Positions 34,636-46,918 are shown, counted from the first letter of the stretch. The stretch is 64,000 bases of DNA from Diplonema japonicum (GCA_964019335.1 OZ025654.1:682001-746000); one strand, 5' to 3'. Numbers and translations are program-made. The notes: a model not told the origin generated them from the letters alone.

Positions 34636-36138
34636 GTAAAAGAAAGAAAGAAAGAAAGAAAAGTCTCGATTTAAAAAAAAAAAAAAAAAAAAAAAAGCAA
34701 AAAGAAAAAGAAATTACAACCGAGAAAGCTAACGATTCGGGAAGGAAAAAAGAAAAGAAGTGAATTTCAGCACTTTTTTTTTTTTTTTTTTGTACTAAGA
34801 ATTACCCTTTTTTTTTTTAAAGTGAACGAGGTAAAAAAAAAAAAAAAAAAAAAAAAAACTTTGGAAGAAAAAAAAAGGAAGGGGAGGGGGAAAAAAAAAA
34901 GAAAAGGCATCTGAACATCCTTACCATACTATGAAAGAAGATTTTAGTTGATGTTGTTTGTAAGCGCATTGTGGGGGATTCACCTGTATAAAGAGATAAG
35001 CCCACTCAATGCCTTGCACTTCCATAGCCTCTCTTTTTATTTTCCACCGCATTTCTTTTTTATTGCAACCCACGTGTTCAAGCCAAAATAAATGTGTTTA
35101 GTGGGTACTTTAAATTTCGCATTCCATCAGAGTAATTCTTTCATTCAAAGATTCTTGCTGAGTGCCGTAACACACTTTGAAGTGCCTGCATATGAAAGCA
35201 ACAGCAAAACTCTTTTATTTTTTTATGAAGGGGGTAGGTGGGAGGGGAGATTAGCACTAGCGCCAGAAACAGGTATTTGTTTCTTTTCTTTCTTTTTATT
35301 TTTATATTTTTTTTTACTCCCCCCCCTTTTTCCTAGTTGTTTTCCGCGATACCTCCTGACCTGCTACCCTTTCTTCGCTTCCCTCTTTTTTTTTTTCTTT
35401 TTTTTTCCCCCTCTCTTTTTTTTTCCTACTCACACCCCCCTACAAAACAGGAAAAAAAAAAATCCTTCAGAAAAAAAAGGGGGGGGGAAAGAGATAAAAT
35501 TTAAAAAAAAAAAACCAAAGATGAGTAAAGGGGGAAGCATCGAGCAGGGAAAACTCTGGTGGTAAGAAAAGAAAGTGGGGAGAGAGTGGTGTTTTTCTTA
35601 AAATAAAAATCTGACAAATAACTGGGTAGAACTGGGTGAAAAATTCTTTTTTTTTTTTTAAAAAAAAAAAAAGGCTTTTGTTTTTTTTTTTTCTTTGTTT
35701 CACTTCATGGTTTCTTTTTGATGGGGACCCTCCCTTAAAAAAACTTTACGAAAAAAAAAAAAGAAAACAAGGAGGGAAAGGGGGTCTTCAGTACACGTTA
35801 CCATACACTTTATAGAACCCCAGTATCAGTGAAGGGAAGGGACAAAGAAGGATATAAAAGTTTTTTTAAAGAAAAAAATTACCTCAAGTCGAGCCTTTAT
35901 TGCCCTGGCTCTTTTAGTCTGTTCTTTTTTTTTTCTTTTTTTTTTCCAAAAAAAACTTCTTTTGATGGCCTTCCTTTTTTTTTTGAGTTGGGGGGACGGG
36001 GGGGTTTAGAGGACAAGGTACAACTGGGGAGGGGTTCTTTTTCTTTTTTGTTTTTTTTTTTTTTTTTTTCCCCCTTAGGAAAAAAAAACAAAAATAGAAA
36101 GGTGGAGGGAGCAAAAAAAAAAAATAATAGAACACGTG

Positions 36139-36177
<39 letters not shown>

Positions 36178-37450
36178 TTACTCTCTTTCTTACTTGAAAT
36201 TAATATTTGGAAGAAAAAAAAAAAAGAAAAAAAAATAGCTAGTGGGGGGAGGCCCCAACTCAAGCGAACACCTAAATGGAAATATTTAAAAAAAAAAAAA
36301 ATGTTACATAGTCGCCTCCTCGGCGCGGTTTGTGACCTTTCCTCTGGCAGGTTTCTTTTTGTTCCCCTCGCCCTCGCTGCAATTCACTTACGGGGAAATC
36401 AACACACACACAAAAAAAAAAAGAACTTCTTTTTTTTTAAAAACTTTCTTTTCTCTCAAACCGAAAAGTTTGCACGGGGATTCTTTTCTTCCTTTTTGTC
36501 CCCCCCCTTTTTTTCCCCCTCGTTCTTTTTTTTTTTTTTTTTCTTTCGTTTTTCTTTTTTTCCCGTTTTCCCTTTGGATAGAAATAAATTCAAGGCCCGT
36601 TAACAGAGTAGCAGTTGGTGGAGGGTATTTTTTTTTTTTTATTTTGGTTTTTTTTTTTTTTTTTTCTTTCAATTATTTCATTTTCTTTCCTTTTTTATTT
36701 GTCAAACTTGTTTGATTGTGCCATTTCTTCTTTTTTTTTTTTTTTTTCTTTTTTTTTTTTATGTTTCCCAATTAAGTGTCCGGTCACTGAACTTTTGCAA
36801 AGGAAAGAGAAAAGGGGAGTAGTGGGAGTGGGGGGGGGAAAAAAGAATGGGATGTGGAAAAAGAGAAAAAAGGAATACGGATGCAGGAGAAAAAAAAAAA
36901 CAAACAAAAAAAAAAAAAGAAAGAGGGGAAACAGGAGGGAATAACAAAAAGAAAAGGGACAGTGGGGAAATAAATCAATAAGAAATCCAGACCGAGAATA
37001 GGAAAGGTGCGACCAACGCCGCAGAGGGGGGAGGGTAAAGGGGAATGAACAAAACAACAACACAAAGAAAGGGAACAAAGAGTATGTATGAGGAATGAAA
37101 AAGGGAGGGGGAACAAGACTTTCTTTTTTTTTTTGTTTCGTTCCTATTCTGATCCTCCCCCTCCCCTTCTTTTCCCCTCAAAAAAATCACTTTCCGCACT
37201 TAAAAAAAAGTCCCAGAGTTTTTGTTTTCTCTTTTTTTTTTCCTTTTTTTTTTTTTTAAAAAGCTTTCTCTGTTCGCTATGATGGCTTTTCTAAGAAACT
37301 GTTTTAGAAAAAAAAAGAAAAAAAAATTGGGGGGGAAAGGTGTCAAGCAAAAAAAACGAAAAAGAAAAAAAAGAGATCAAAAACTCTGCGGACCAATGCA
37401 TGAAAGGAGCAAAAAAAAAAAAAAAAAAAAAATAATGAGGGGAATCACGT

Positions 37451-40297
37451 TCACGGAATGGCGGATCTAGCTGTACTGTAGACCATGTTGGTATGGCCTC
37501 CACCACAACGTTGGTTCAAGTTGCCCGCGCAAGGAAGGTAGCACCTGGTGGAGTGGGTGGGTGTGGTGGGTAACGAGTGACCACAGAAGCATTGGGTGCT
37601 GAACTGTAGTCCTGCATAGGCATAACCCTTTGAGGCACACATGCCAATGCAGTACCCCACTGTCATGTAGGCGTCATCCTTCGCATGGTAGGGGAGAGTC
37701 CTTGCATTGGCATTATCTTCGTAGCACCCCAACGGCTCCAGTGGTGCGGGCGGTGCTGTAGAGTAGACAGAGTTCCTGTGCCCAGCACCACACAGCTGCT
37801 TCGCGTTCCCTGTGCACTCCATGAAGCACTCCGTCTCTGCCTTGAGTGGGAAGGTCACAGTGTTTAACGTGTTGCCGCAGAAGCACTCCTGTGAGAACTG
37901 CAGCCCAGCATACGCAAACCCTGCAGCCGCACACCTCTCGACGCAGACCTCGATTGTCAGCCCCACAGAGTCAGCGTGGATCTTCGTGGGCAGCATCCTC
38001 GGGTTCTTGTCCTCGTAGCATCCCAGGTAGACCAGCGGCTGTGTCACCACAACCTTGTACACAGAGCTCCTGTGGTACCCTCCGCACATCTCCGACGGTG
38101 CGCCCTTGCATGTGTAGTTGCACTTAGGCTCTTCGATAAGGTCGTTAGCGTCCAGTGTGTTCCCGCACCAGCACTCCTTGCCGTATTGCACGCCTGCGTA
38201 CACGAACCCGTGCGCCTGGCATTCCACGTTGCACAGCTCGATGGACATGGTGGAAGGCTCGTCGCGCACCAAGAACGGCAGCTTCCTCGCGTTCACATCA
38301 TCTGCGTAGCACCCCTGGTAGTTGGGGAGGAACGCAGGAGGGGCAGGCGTGTCAGGTGCAGGTGTTTCAGGTGCGGAGGTCGCATTCTCGTGTGTCTTGA
38401 AGGCGGACACGCGGAGGACGTCGCCGCAGATCTCATTGCCGTCACCCGCGCATGGCATGGCGCATTCGGAGTCGTGCACACGAAGATCATCGCTCCTCTC
38501 AATCAGACCTCCGCAGAAGCATTCCACAGCGTACTGCAAACCTGCGAAAGAGTACCCCTCGCCCTTGCACAAGGTCTTGCACTTGACAATAGTCATGTCG
38601 TTCGCATCGGGCATCCTGTGGTTGAGGATCCTGTCGTGGATGGTCTCCAAGAAGCAACCCACGTAGTCGGGGTCAGCGTGCGTAGGAGCAGGAGTGTCAG
38701 GAGCCGGAGTGTCGGGAGCAGGTGTGTCAGGAGCAGGTGTGTCAGGAGCAGGAGTGTCGGGTGCAGGTGTGTCGGGAGCAGGTGTGTCGGGAGCAGGAGT
38801 GTCAGGAGCAGGAGTGTCGGGAGCAGGTGTGTCAGGAGCAGGAGTGTCAGGAGCCGGAGTGTCGGGAGCAGGAGTGTCGGGAGCAGGAGTGTCGGGAGCA
38901 GGAGTGTCGGGAGCAGGAGTGTCAGGAGCCGGAGTGTCGGGAGCAGGAGTGTCGGGAGCAGGAGTGTCGGGAGCAGGAGTGTCGGGAGCAGGAGTGTCGG
39001 GAGCAGGAGTGTCGGGAGCGGCAGTGGGCTCAGCAGTTGGCACAGCGGTGTCAGGTGCGGTAGTCGGCTCAGCGGTGTCCGGAACAGGGGTGTACGGGAG
39101 CTTCACAAAAGTCCTCTCACGCCTGCTCCCCTCATCCTTGACCCAAACAGGCATCTCGTCTGGGACGTACCAGTGCCTCCACACCTGAGACGTCGAAAGG
39201 GTCTCAAGATACCTGATACGAAGCCCATCGTTGGAGCCAGAGAGGGCCTTGATCTTGATGAGAGTCACGTCGTCCCCAACAAAGCTAGTGCTGTAAGTGA
39301 AGTATTTGACCTGGCTGGAAGACAATCCACTGAAAGTGTACTTTGAAAGCCCGCTGGCGAAGATCTGGAACTGGAAGGAGTCGGTGGAGCCGGAGCCGCT
39401 ACCCGAATGAACAGTAAGACGGATGTGAAGGTCGGTAACGGGCGTTAGGGTAGCTGGGGCGGCAGTAGGGGCGGCAGTGGAAGGAAGGCCAGGGGGGAAG
39501 GTGGAGGGGGCGTTGGTTTCCTGTTCGAGGTAGAGAACCTTTAACTTCTTGTCGTTCTCATTCTTGAGCCAGTAAGGGGACACACCATACGGAAGAGCCT
39601 TCCAGTAGAGACCACCACGGAGCACTTCGACATACTCGACACGGAGCCCGTCGCCGGCGCTGTTGGGCGCGATGAGGTCAATGCGGACGAGGTCCTCGGC
39701 AGGGAAAGGACATGGCACGGAGTAGGAGGTGAGGGTGTTTCGCCCGAGGTTGCCGAACACTGGCCCGTCGATAACCTCCGAGTTGGAGTAGAACTTCCAG
39801 TTGAAGCTGCTGCTGGAAGAGGCGTACTGCTCGTCAGCTGTCTTGATGCGCACGGTGAGCGCGTCAGTAGGCGGTGCGGGTGTGAAGTTTGAGCGGTAGG
39901 TCCTGGCCGACGTGGATTTGATCCAGTGCGGGAAGTTTACAGCGTCCTTCCAAGTCCACCATGACCCGTCGGTCATCTGAACTTCGAAGGACTCAACCTT
40001 GATACCATCTGACCCCGGTGTCTGCACGTAGACGTAGCTCGCCGCCTCTGGAGCGATGGGGCTGTACAGATCGATTACTCTCGTCTCGTCCCTCAGGAAG
40101 TTCGTCGGGTGAGGCGTCAGCTCGTAACTGTCCACGGCGTCCTTCACCTTGAAGATGAAGTTACCCGCCGATTCGGCGAACTTCTGGTCGTAGATCTTGA
40201 TCCTGATCCTCATGGTCACAGTTGCTGTGGGACCAAGGTCAGCACCCTGCACAGCACATAGCATGCAGAGCATATAAAGTGGGAGTGGGATTTTCAT
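37451..40297 (-). CDS. Secreted protein: 3 PLAT-like repeats, a (DTPAP)n linker and 4 WSC domains, 948 aa
   Basis: Signal peptide; three repeats with DG(I/L)(K/R)(V/I)...PxW(I/L/V)K; four WSC motifs GCY...C...AGxQ(Y/F)xxxCxCG...CxG...CGG. Confidence 0.9.
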   Translation of the reverse strand: MKIPLPLYMLCMLCAVQGADLGPTATVTMRIRIKIYDQKFAESAGNFIFKVKDAVDSYELTPHPTNFLRDETRVIDLYSPIAPEAASYVYVQTPGSDGIKVESFEVQMTDGSWWTWKDAVNFPHWIKSTSARTYRSNFTPAPPTDALTVRIKTADEQYASSSSSFNWKFYSNSEVIDGPVFGNLGRNTLTSYSVPCPFPAEDLVRIDLIAPNSAGDGLRVEYVEVLRGGLYWKALPYGVSPYWLKNENDKKLKVLYLEQETNAPSTFPPGLPSTAAPTAAPATLTPVTDLHIRLTVHSGSGSGSTDSFQFQIFASGLSKYTFSGLSSSQVKYFTYSTSFVGDDVTLIKIKALSGSNDGLRIRYLETLSTSQVWRHWYVPDEMPVWVKDEGSRRERTFVKLPYTPVPDTAEPTTAPDTAVPTAEPTAAPDTPAPDTPAPDTPAPDTPAPDTPAPDTPAPDTPAPDTPAPDTPAPDTPAPDTPAPDTPAPDTPAPDTPAPDTPAPDTPAPDTPAPDTPAPDTPAPDTPAPDTPAPDTPAPTHADPDYVGCFLETIHDRILNHRMPDANDMTIVKCKTLCKGEGYSFAGLQYAVECFCGGLIERSDDLRVHDSECAMPCAGDGNEICGDVLRVSAFKTHENATSAPETPAPDTPAPPAFLPNYQGCYADDVNARKLPFLVRDEPSTMSIELCNVECQAHGFVYAGVQYGKECWCGNTLDANDLIEEPKCNYTCKGAPSEMCGGYHRSSVYKVVVTQPLVYLGCYEDKNPRMLPTKIHADSVGLTIEVCVERCAAAGFAYAGLQFSQECFCGNTLNTVTFPLKAETECFMECTGNAKQLCGAGHRNSVYSTAPPAPLEPLGCYEDNANARTLPYHAKDDAYMTVGYCIGMCASKGYAYAGLQFSTQCFCGHSLPTTPTHSTRCYLPCAGNLNQRCGGGHTNMVYSTARSAIP
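38684..39020. repeat. 15-bp coding tandem repeat encoding DTPAP x~22
   Basis: GGAGCAGGAGTGTCR array. Confidence 0.95.
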
Positions 40298-40452
40298 CGT
40301 GTTTTTTATTTTTTATTGTATATCCTTCAGCGGGTAATATGGCGTGTCTGAGAGAAAAAGGAGACAAGAAGAACAACAGGAGGAGGGGGGAGAATAAAAA
40401 GGGAGAAGGAAATTTGGAAAGTCCCCTGTAAAAGAGATTTATTTTTCTTTTT

Positions 40453-41016
40453 TTACCCACTACTTAGAAGGGCTTTTCGCTGTTTTTTTAGAAAAGCATC
40501 ATGTTCTGCCGTAACCAGCGCGGTGTACAGATCAGCCGGTGTGACGCTGGGCCCTGCTAGGTGGTGGTGCCTTTGCACGGGGTTTTTAAGTAGGGGTGGT
40601 TTTGAGGGGGTCCCGAAGAGCGTGGAATGCAGCCGTGCTGCTTCATAAGTAAAGGACTTGTGCATAGTGGACATGATTGCGGCCATCCTTTTACTGTGGG
40701 CAGAAAGTTCTCGTGCTGTTTTCTGTTTTGAGGCACGGTGTGCCCGCCTCTTGTTGTCCTTTACACTACTGAACAGGTCTTTCCATTCCTTCTTCTCTCG
40801 AAGCTCTTGCGCCAGCCTCCGAAGTGCTTCGTTCTCCTGCAGTTCATATACTTTGACCCCCACCTGCTCCAAAAGGCTGCACAGCGCCTCCCGCTGCCTT
40901 GAAGCCTCTTTATTCATTTCTGTGTAGTACCTACTCTCTAGCTTCTCTAGCTTCTTCCTGCCCCTGTCTTCCCTTGTTGTACACAACAATATGCTTTGTC
41001 TAACAACAATCGACAT
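40453..41016 (-). CDS. Hypothetical coiled-coil protein (~187 aa)
   Basis: ATG at 41016 directly follows TTGCAG, and the sequence is helical and charged. The upstream part of the ORF-track ORF is homopolymer noise. Confidence 0.6.
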   Translation of the reverse strand: MSIVVRQSILLCTTREDRGRKKLEKLESRYYTEMNKEASRQREALCSLLEQVGVKVYELQENEALRRLAQELREKKEWKDLFSSVKDNKRRAHRASKQKTARELSAHSKRMAAIMSTMHKSFTYEAARLHSTLFGTPSKPPLLKNPVQRHHHLAGPSVTPADLYTALVTAEHDAFLKKQRKALLSSG

Positions 41017-41580
41017 CTGCAACGTGGTTAGTCCTTTTTCTGGTAGAGCCGGGGGGGGGGGGGGGGGGGGGGGGTGAGTCACCTTCAAGTAAAATATGTA
41101 AAAACATTTTTTTAAAAAGAATTTGAGGAAAAAAAAGGGGGGGGTGGATGAGGCACGGGGTATGGGGGAGGGAAAGGGAATCAGAATGTTCTCAACCACG
41201 CCCCTTTTATTTCTCGTTTCCCCCCCCCCCCTCCCTCTTTTCCTTTCGTCACTTGCCGGTTTCTCTTTTTTAAAACCCCTATGTAAATTGTGGATGAATT
41301 TTTTCTTCTCTATCTTGGAAAAAAAAGGGGGGGGTGAAAGGGGGGGGGGTGAAAGAAAAAAATACGAGTTCGTCCGAGAAAAGAAACCAAAAAAAAAGTG
41401 CGGGCATCTTTTTTTTCCCCGTGGATGCTTCTCCCGCAAGTATAAGAAAGATAAGGGGGGAAGAAAAACTACACTTTCGTTTCAGTCAAAAGATGGGGGA
41501 CAATGGAAAGAAGAACCGAAAGAACAAACACACTTTATTTGTGCCGCATTTCCTATCTTTTTTTTTTTTTAAAAATATAT

Positions 41581-44125
41581 TCAGCTCGGGATCCCAGAGA
41601 CGGTAAACTCACAGGACTCCTTAGCACCGCCTGCTACGAACACTAATCGGATTTTCATGCAGATAGGTTTCGCACCAGCATTGCCGTTGGCGTCGTTGTG
41701 CACACTGATGTTCTGCACAAGTAGGGCGTTGGGGGCTACAGAATCCTTTTTTTTTTTTTTTTCTTTTTTTTTCCCGGGTGTTCTACCTGCTCTTTAGGAT
41801 GCATCTGCAGAGTTGCCGTCCTTGTGACTGCAGCCAGCAGCTCCACACCTGTGATATGCGTGGTGCTGACATTAGCTAGAACCGCACTAACAAGAACCTG
41901 TGAAATAATATGATGACAAGTCGGCAGCATACCTTATGCGGGTGGATCGGGTTGGGCCGAGACGAGTAGATGACCACTTTGAAGTACCTGTTCTCCATTG
42001 TTACATCTACCTTCCCGACAAGGGGGTGGGGTGGGGTGAACGTGGGCACCGCTGGTTGGCTCGGAGGCACGGCAACAGGTGCACCACCACCACCACCGAA
42101 GATGTCATCGATGCTGAAGCCGCCTGCTGCAGGGACCGGTGCTGTTGCTGGTGCTGCTGTTGCAGTTGACGCACCATCGCCGCCAAAGACATCATCCAGG
42201 AAGGACATGCCGCCATCATCTTTCTTCTGTGGTGCAGTGCTCACAGCCGCAGGGCCTGCAGTCACAGCCACAGGGTTTGCAGTCGCAACTACAGGGCTTG
42301 CGGTGCCCGGGTCTACATGTTGCTGTTCCTCTGCGTAGGAAGTGACCACGGACTCAGACTCGATGGTGGGCATGCGGTCCAAGGAAGCCTTGAAGATGGT
42401 AGGGTCGTCGGAGTTGATCAGCTGCAGGTACTCCCATGCGCGCTGCTGCAGCTCCAGGTCCAGCGACTCCTGGAACACCTCCATCGTGGGGGCCACCAGC
42501 AGCTTGATGTCAGGGAACCTTGCGCTGGTCTTGGCCAGGCATGTCAGTGCGTACCCCTTCACGACAGGCGAGTTCGTCGAGTGCAGCAGCGAGGTGACCG
42601 ACGTCACAATGTCCTCTGCAACGACAGGCGGCTTCTGCGCAGTGAGGAGATCACCGAACTCCCCTACGCACCACAACGCGGCAAGCAGCAGTCCCTCCTT
42701 ACTTAGAAGAGTGGTGTCGGGGCCCTTGCTGATCTCTGCCCAAAGCTTGGCAGTACTGTAGCCTTGCATCTCCTTCGTGGACTTGGACACCATCGAGATG
42801 AGCTTGTTAACTGCAGTCTCAGGAACGTATGCACCCGCCAGGATGCAGACCTTGATGAGCGTGTCAACGTGCCATTGCATGGAGGGTGCGTAACGCTCGG
42901 CGGTGGTGCAAATCTTCTCGGTTAGGTCACCCTTGAGATTCGGAGAGGCGAAGGTGAGGTAGTTGATGAGGTCAGGAACAAGGAGCCTGATGTTCTGTGA
43001 GCTGACGAGGGTGTAGATGAGGTCAAGGGCGCGCTTGCGGATAGAGATGTCGAAGTCCTTCAGGCAGTCGACGATGGTGTTCTTGTGCCGCTGGACAGCA
43101 ACAGAGTCCTTGTCGACTACACGGGTCAGCGTGTTGAGCGCCACATATCTTATATTATTAGAAGAGGAAGACGTGAGGAATCTGCCGAGGATGGTCACGG
43201 CGAGGCCGCGGAGGTCGGGGCTCGACTCGATCGCGATGATGGTCCTCACGCATTCATACAAGATGGCAGGCCCCACAGGGGTGTAGGACTCCGTGTTCGT
43301 CGCTACCTGCGCGAGGATGTCAGACATCGTATCCGACGTGTCCTTGCTGCCCGTCCCTAGCACCCGGAGGAGCTGCAGGATCTTGACTTGAAGGAACGGG
43401 TCCGCGATGCCTTGCACGTCGTACTCCGACGGGTAGGGCGGCATCACCAGGTTTTTAAGTATTTTAATGTAGCTTTTGATGTTTTTCGTATAGATGGCTT
43501 TGAATGATTCGCCCTCCTCCATCTGCAGTCCTTCGGTGACGAGTGTGAGACCGGCAACAAGGACGCCGTGGTTCTTTTCGCTGGAGAGGTTTGTCAGCTT
43601 GTCGAGGAAGGTCTCCGCCATCGAGGGCACCCTGCGAACGATTCGCAGCCCGGCGAGACAAGCTTTCTTTTTCAGGTTTGAAGAATTCGACTCGAGAAAC
43701 GTGGCCACCTCGTGTCCTAGGTCACGGGCCATGTCTTCGCCTGCGATGTTGGCGATGGCGCATAGTGCCAGTGTCTTCACGTGCTCAATGCGGTGGGAAA
43801 GGTCCAACTTCAACTGGTTTTCCACCAAAGTAAGAACTTCATGGTTTTCATCCACCAACAAGGATAGTGCGAGGTACCCTGCTTTTTTCTCAGCGAAGGA
43901 CTCCGAGGTCATCAGCCGGATGCACTCCATTTGCCCGAACTCCGTAGCGTGGCCCAGCAGGTATATGTACACAAGCTTGTTCACATTCCTCGAGCGGTAG
44001 GCTTCTTTTCCCTCCTTGAAGGCGGTTCGAATTGCCGCGCACTCTTTAGCGATCACTGCCCGTTCCTCTGCTGCTGTTTTGCAGCCTCTCACTTCTCTTA
44101 CCAGATCTTTCAGCCGGAGAGACAT
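41581..44125 (-). CDS. AP1G1: AP-1 complex gamma adaptin; join(41933-44125, 41787-41897, 41581-41745), 822 aa
   Basis: Motifs LKDLVREVRGCKTAAEERAVIAKECAAIR, FGQMEC, DPFLQVKIL, DISIRKRALDL and ELQQRAWEY, then a hinge. Two introns restore a complete ear domain ending ...KPICMKIRLVF...EFTVSGIPS*. Confidence 0.95.
41746..41786 (-). other. 41-nt GT-AG intron with poly-A before the 3' AG
   Basis: CAG|GTAGAACACCCGGG(A-rich)AAG|GATTCT; this is the nearby acceptor that keeps the adaptin ear frame. Confidence 0.75.
41898..41932 (-). other. 35-nt GT-AG intron
   Basis: AAG|GTATGCTGCCGACTTGTCATCATATTATTTCACAG|GTT. Confidence 0.9.
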
Positions 44126-44757
44126 CTTCTTTTTCTTTCCCCCCCCCTTTTTTTTATGACCCCCCAACCTGTAGTGTTGAGGAAACAGTAACTGAACGGG
44201 AAAGATAAAGAAGGGGAGAGTAAACATGTGGGGGAAAAAAAAGGGGGGGGGGGGAATTTAGTTTAAACATTGGCATCTCTGGATGTTTAGACTATAAAGG
44301 GGAGGGGCGGGAGAAAGAAAGGAATAAAAAAAAAAAAGTGCAGTAAGAAAAGAATAGTTGAGATTGTGTGTTTATCGCACTGGACCTACTGATAAATACT
44401 CATCTGGTACCCAACAAGGAGTGTAATGTGGACAGGACGGCTGGTGGGATGTGTTGCTAAAGTTATTTTCGCCTCAAAGTGCTCAGGACTACTGTCCTTA
44501 AGGGCATTTGGGAACGAAAAGATAACAGGGGGGGCTACCTTAGCCTGAAGGAGCTTGTTAGTTCCTTAGGGCTAACTTACTTTAACGCTTTAACTTTAAA
44601 ACATGGTTGTAAATAAAAAAGAGAGAGAGGACTGTTTCGAAAAAGATATTTCTCGTTGGATATCTTGAATAAACTTTTTTTTGGGAGGGGGGAAAGAGGA
44701 TTTTCTTTTTTTTTCTTTTTTTCTCATTTTTAATCCCTTTGCTCCACTCCGAATATT

Positions 44758-44758
<1 letters not shown>

Positions 44759-44790
<32 letters not shown>

Positions 44791-45003
44791 AAGAACGAGT
44801 CTTTGACTTGTCTACAAAAGGGGAACGTTGGCAACGTGTTTCGGGTTGACAAACTTCTCCAGGTTTTACCCGGCACGTACAAACAATGACGGCACTAGAC
44901 TGGGATGATCTGGTCCAATACGCGGACCTCGAGTACCCATCGGGAAGCACTCGCGCCCCTCACCTCGCGGATTGCATTCCGGCACGTACAAACAACGGCC
45001 AGT

Positions 45004-45008
<5 letters not shown>
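44759..45008 (-). mobile_element. Short poly-A-tailed SINE-like element, copy 3 (long form with a 17-bp internal direct repeat)
   Basis: Reverse complement of copy 1 plus 92 extra nt lying between two copies of CCGGCACGTACAAACAA (44870-44886 and 44979-44995). Confidence 0.75.
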
Positions 45009-45038
<30 letters not shown>

Positions 45039-45050
45039 CAACAAAAACAA

Positions 45051-45392
45051 AAAAAGCCTGGCAATGGTAGTTGAGCCAGGTAAGTGAAAGAAATGATGAA
45101 TAAAAGTTGTCTCGATTTTAGTGGTGCCATGCAGTATGTGACACAGCGGCCACCCTTGTGAAACTTCGCCCCGAAGCCTCCCAAGTCCCCTGTGGTCCCG
45201 TAGAAAGTAAAAGTGGAGAAGTAAAGAAAGCTTGGAAATTGAAATAAGGAGAGGGGCCACAGAAGCAATTACACCAACTGGAGAGTTGTGGGAGGCTTGC
45301 TTCACTGGCACGATGCCGCGGGGAGGCTACTACAAAAAAAGCCTGGCAATGGTAGTTGAGCCAGGTAAGTGAAAGAAATGATGAATAAAAAG
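45051..45392. repeat. Local direct duplication of 57 bp
   Basis: AAAAAAGCCTGGCAATGGTAGTTGAGCCAGGTAAGTGAAAGAAATGATGAATAAAA at ~45051 and ~45335, each followed by GCAGTATGTGACA. Confidence 0.9.
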
Positions 45393-46918
45393 ATTTCAAA
45401 AAAAAAAGATGTCTTTGAAGGGAACCTGCAGTATGTGACAGGATCGCCTAAGAAAAAAAAGTAAAGGTTCACTTCTTATCTTTTTGGGGGCACTCCCTCC
45501 CCTTCCCTCTTTTTTTTTTCCCCCTCCTCTTGAATAAAAAGGCACGCCACAGTTTTTTTTTTTTTTTTTTTTTTGTTTCGTTTTTCAATTTCCTTCGGTC
45601 CTGCAATATGCAGGAGGGAAAGAATAGCAATCCCACCGACAGCAGTAGTATGTACAAGAGAAGAGAAGAAGAAAAAAAAAAGAGATTAAAAAAGTGTAAG
45701 GTATAAAAAAAAAAAAAAAAAATGTCCAACTAACACAAGATCGTGGCTTCTTTTTGTATTGTTGTTATGGAAATAGAAAAAAAAAAGAGGAAAAAAAAGG
45801 AATAGAAGGAACAAAGAACACGGGAAGAGTCTTGGTGCGACTCACCCAGGAGAGGACCGTCCGTTGTTCGTACGCAAAAAAGAGGGAGAAAAAAAGGATG
45901 TATTTCAAGGAGATGTGACAGCTTTTCCAGGTATAAGAGCAGGCTTTAACCCAACTCAGTTTACACAAGAAGAATGAGGGGAAAACACTTCTCGCCCCTC
46001 CCTTCCTTGCTGTTTTATTGTAAATGTAAATGTAAATGTAAAAAAAAGGGGGGGGTGTATTCTGAAGGAGGGACCCTCAAGCAACCTAGAGGGCTTTTAC
46101 CCAACTCGGACGCAGGAGAGGGCAGAGGGGAGCAAAAACGAGAAAATGGACAACCATTTTCGGTTTCTTTTTTTTTTTTTTTTTTTCTTCTTCCTCACTT
46201 CTCAATTGTTTTTTGCATGGGATTCATTCGGATTCTTACACACAGTTTTTTTTTTTTTTTTTTTTTTTTTCTTTTTTCTTTTTTTTTTCCCATTTTTGTG
46301 ACGAAGAACGTACGCTTTTCTTTCTTTCTCTCGCCCCCACCCACTTCATTTTCCTAGTATAAAACAGGGGAGGAAAAAAAAAAAGGGGGGGGGGCGATGT
46401 TTAAGGGCAATTGAGGACCACCCAAAAAACAAAATGTAAAAGAGAATATGAAGGAAAAAGGGATGCAGGAGCAAAAGAAGAGAGAAAGAAAGAAAAACGA
46501 AGGCACAAAAAGAAAAAAAAGATAATAATAAATGGGGGTGAAGAAAGAATAGAAAAAATATGGGGAGAACGGCCCCCCCTTTAACACTTACTAGTGCTCA
46601 AGTTGATGCAGGTACAGCCAGGAGTTGAGGTAGTGAAGGTGTTGGAAGGAAGAAGACAAAACACGTTAAGGGCAAATCCGGAATGGAAATAATTGATGCT
46701 ATAGAAGTTTTCTTTCTTCTTTCTCCTCCTTCCACTTGAATTCCTTAAGGACACGTCAATGGAAAAGGAAAGAGGAAGAAGAAATTAACTGATTTAATAT
46801 AAAAAGAGCCCTCTGCTGCTATGTAGGGCTTCCCCGGATTTAATAAAAAAAAGGGTGAGGGGGAGGGGACAATTCAATATCGCACTTTGGTGCAATCTGA
46901 AAAAGAAGAAAAAGAAAG

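Noticed and set aside
29372-37506. Many poly-Phe/poly-Lys ORFs
   Set aside because: Translations of homopolymer tracts.
41736-41737. TGTAG as the acceptor for the last AP1G intron
   Set aside because: Gives an out-of-frame tail lacking the adaptin ear strands.
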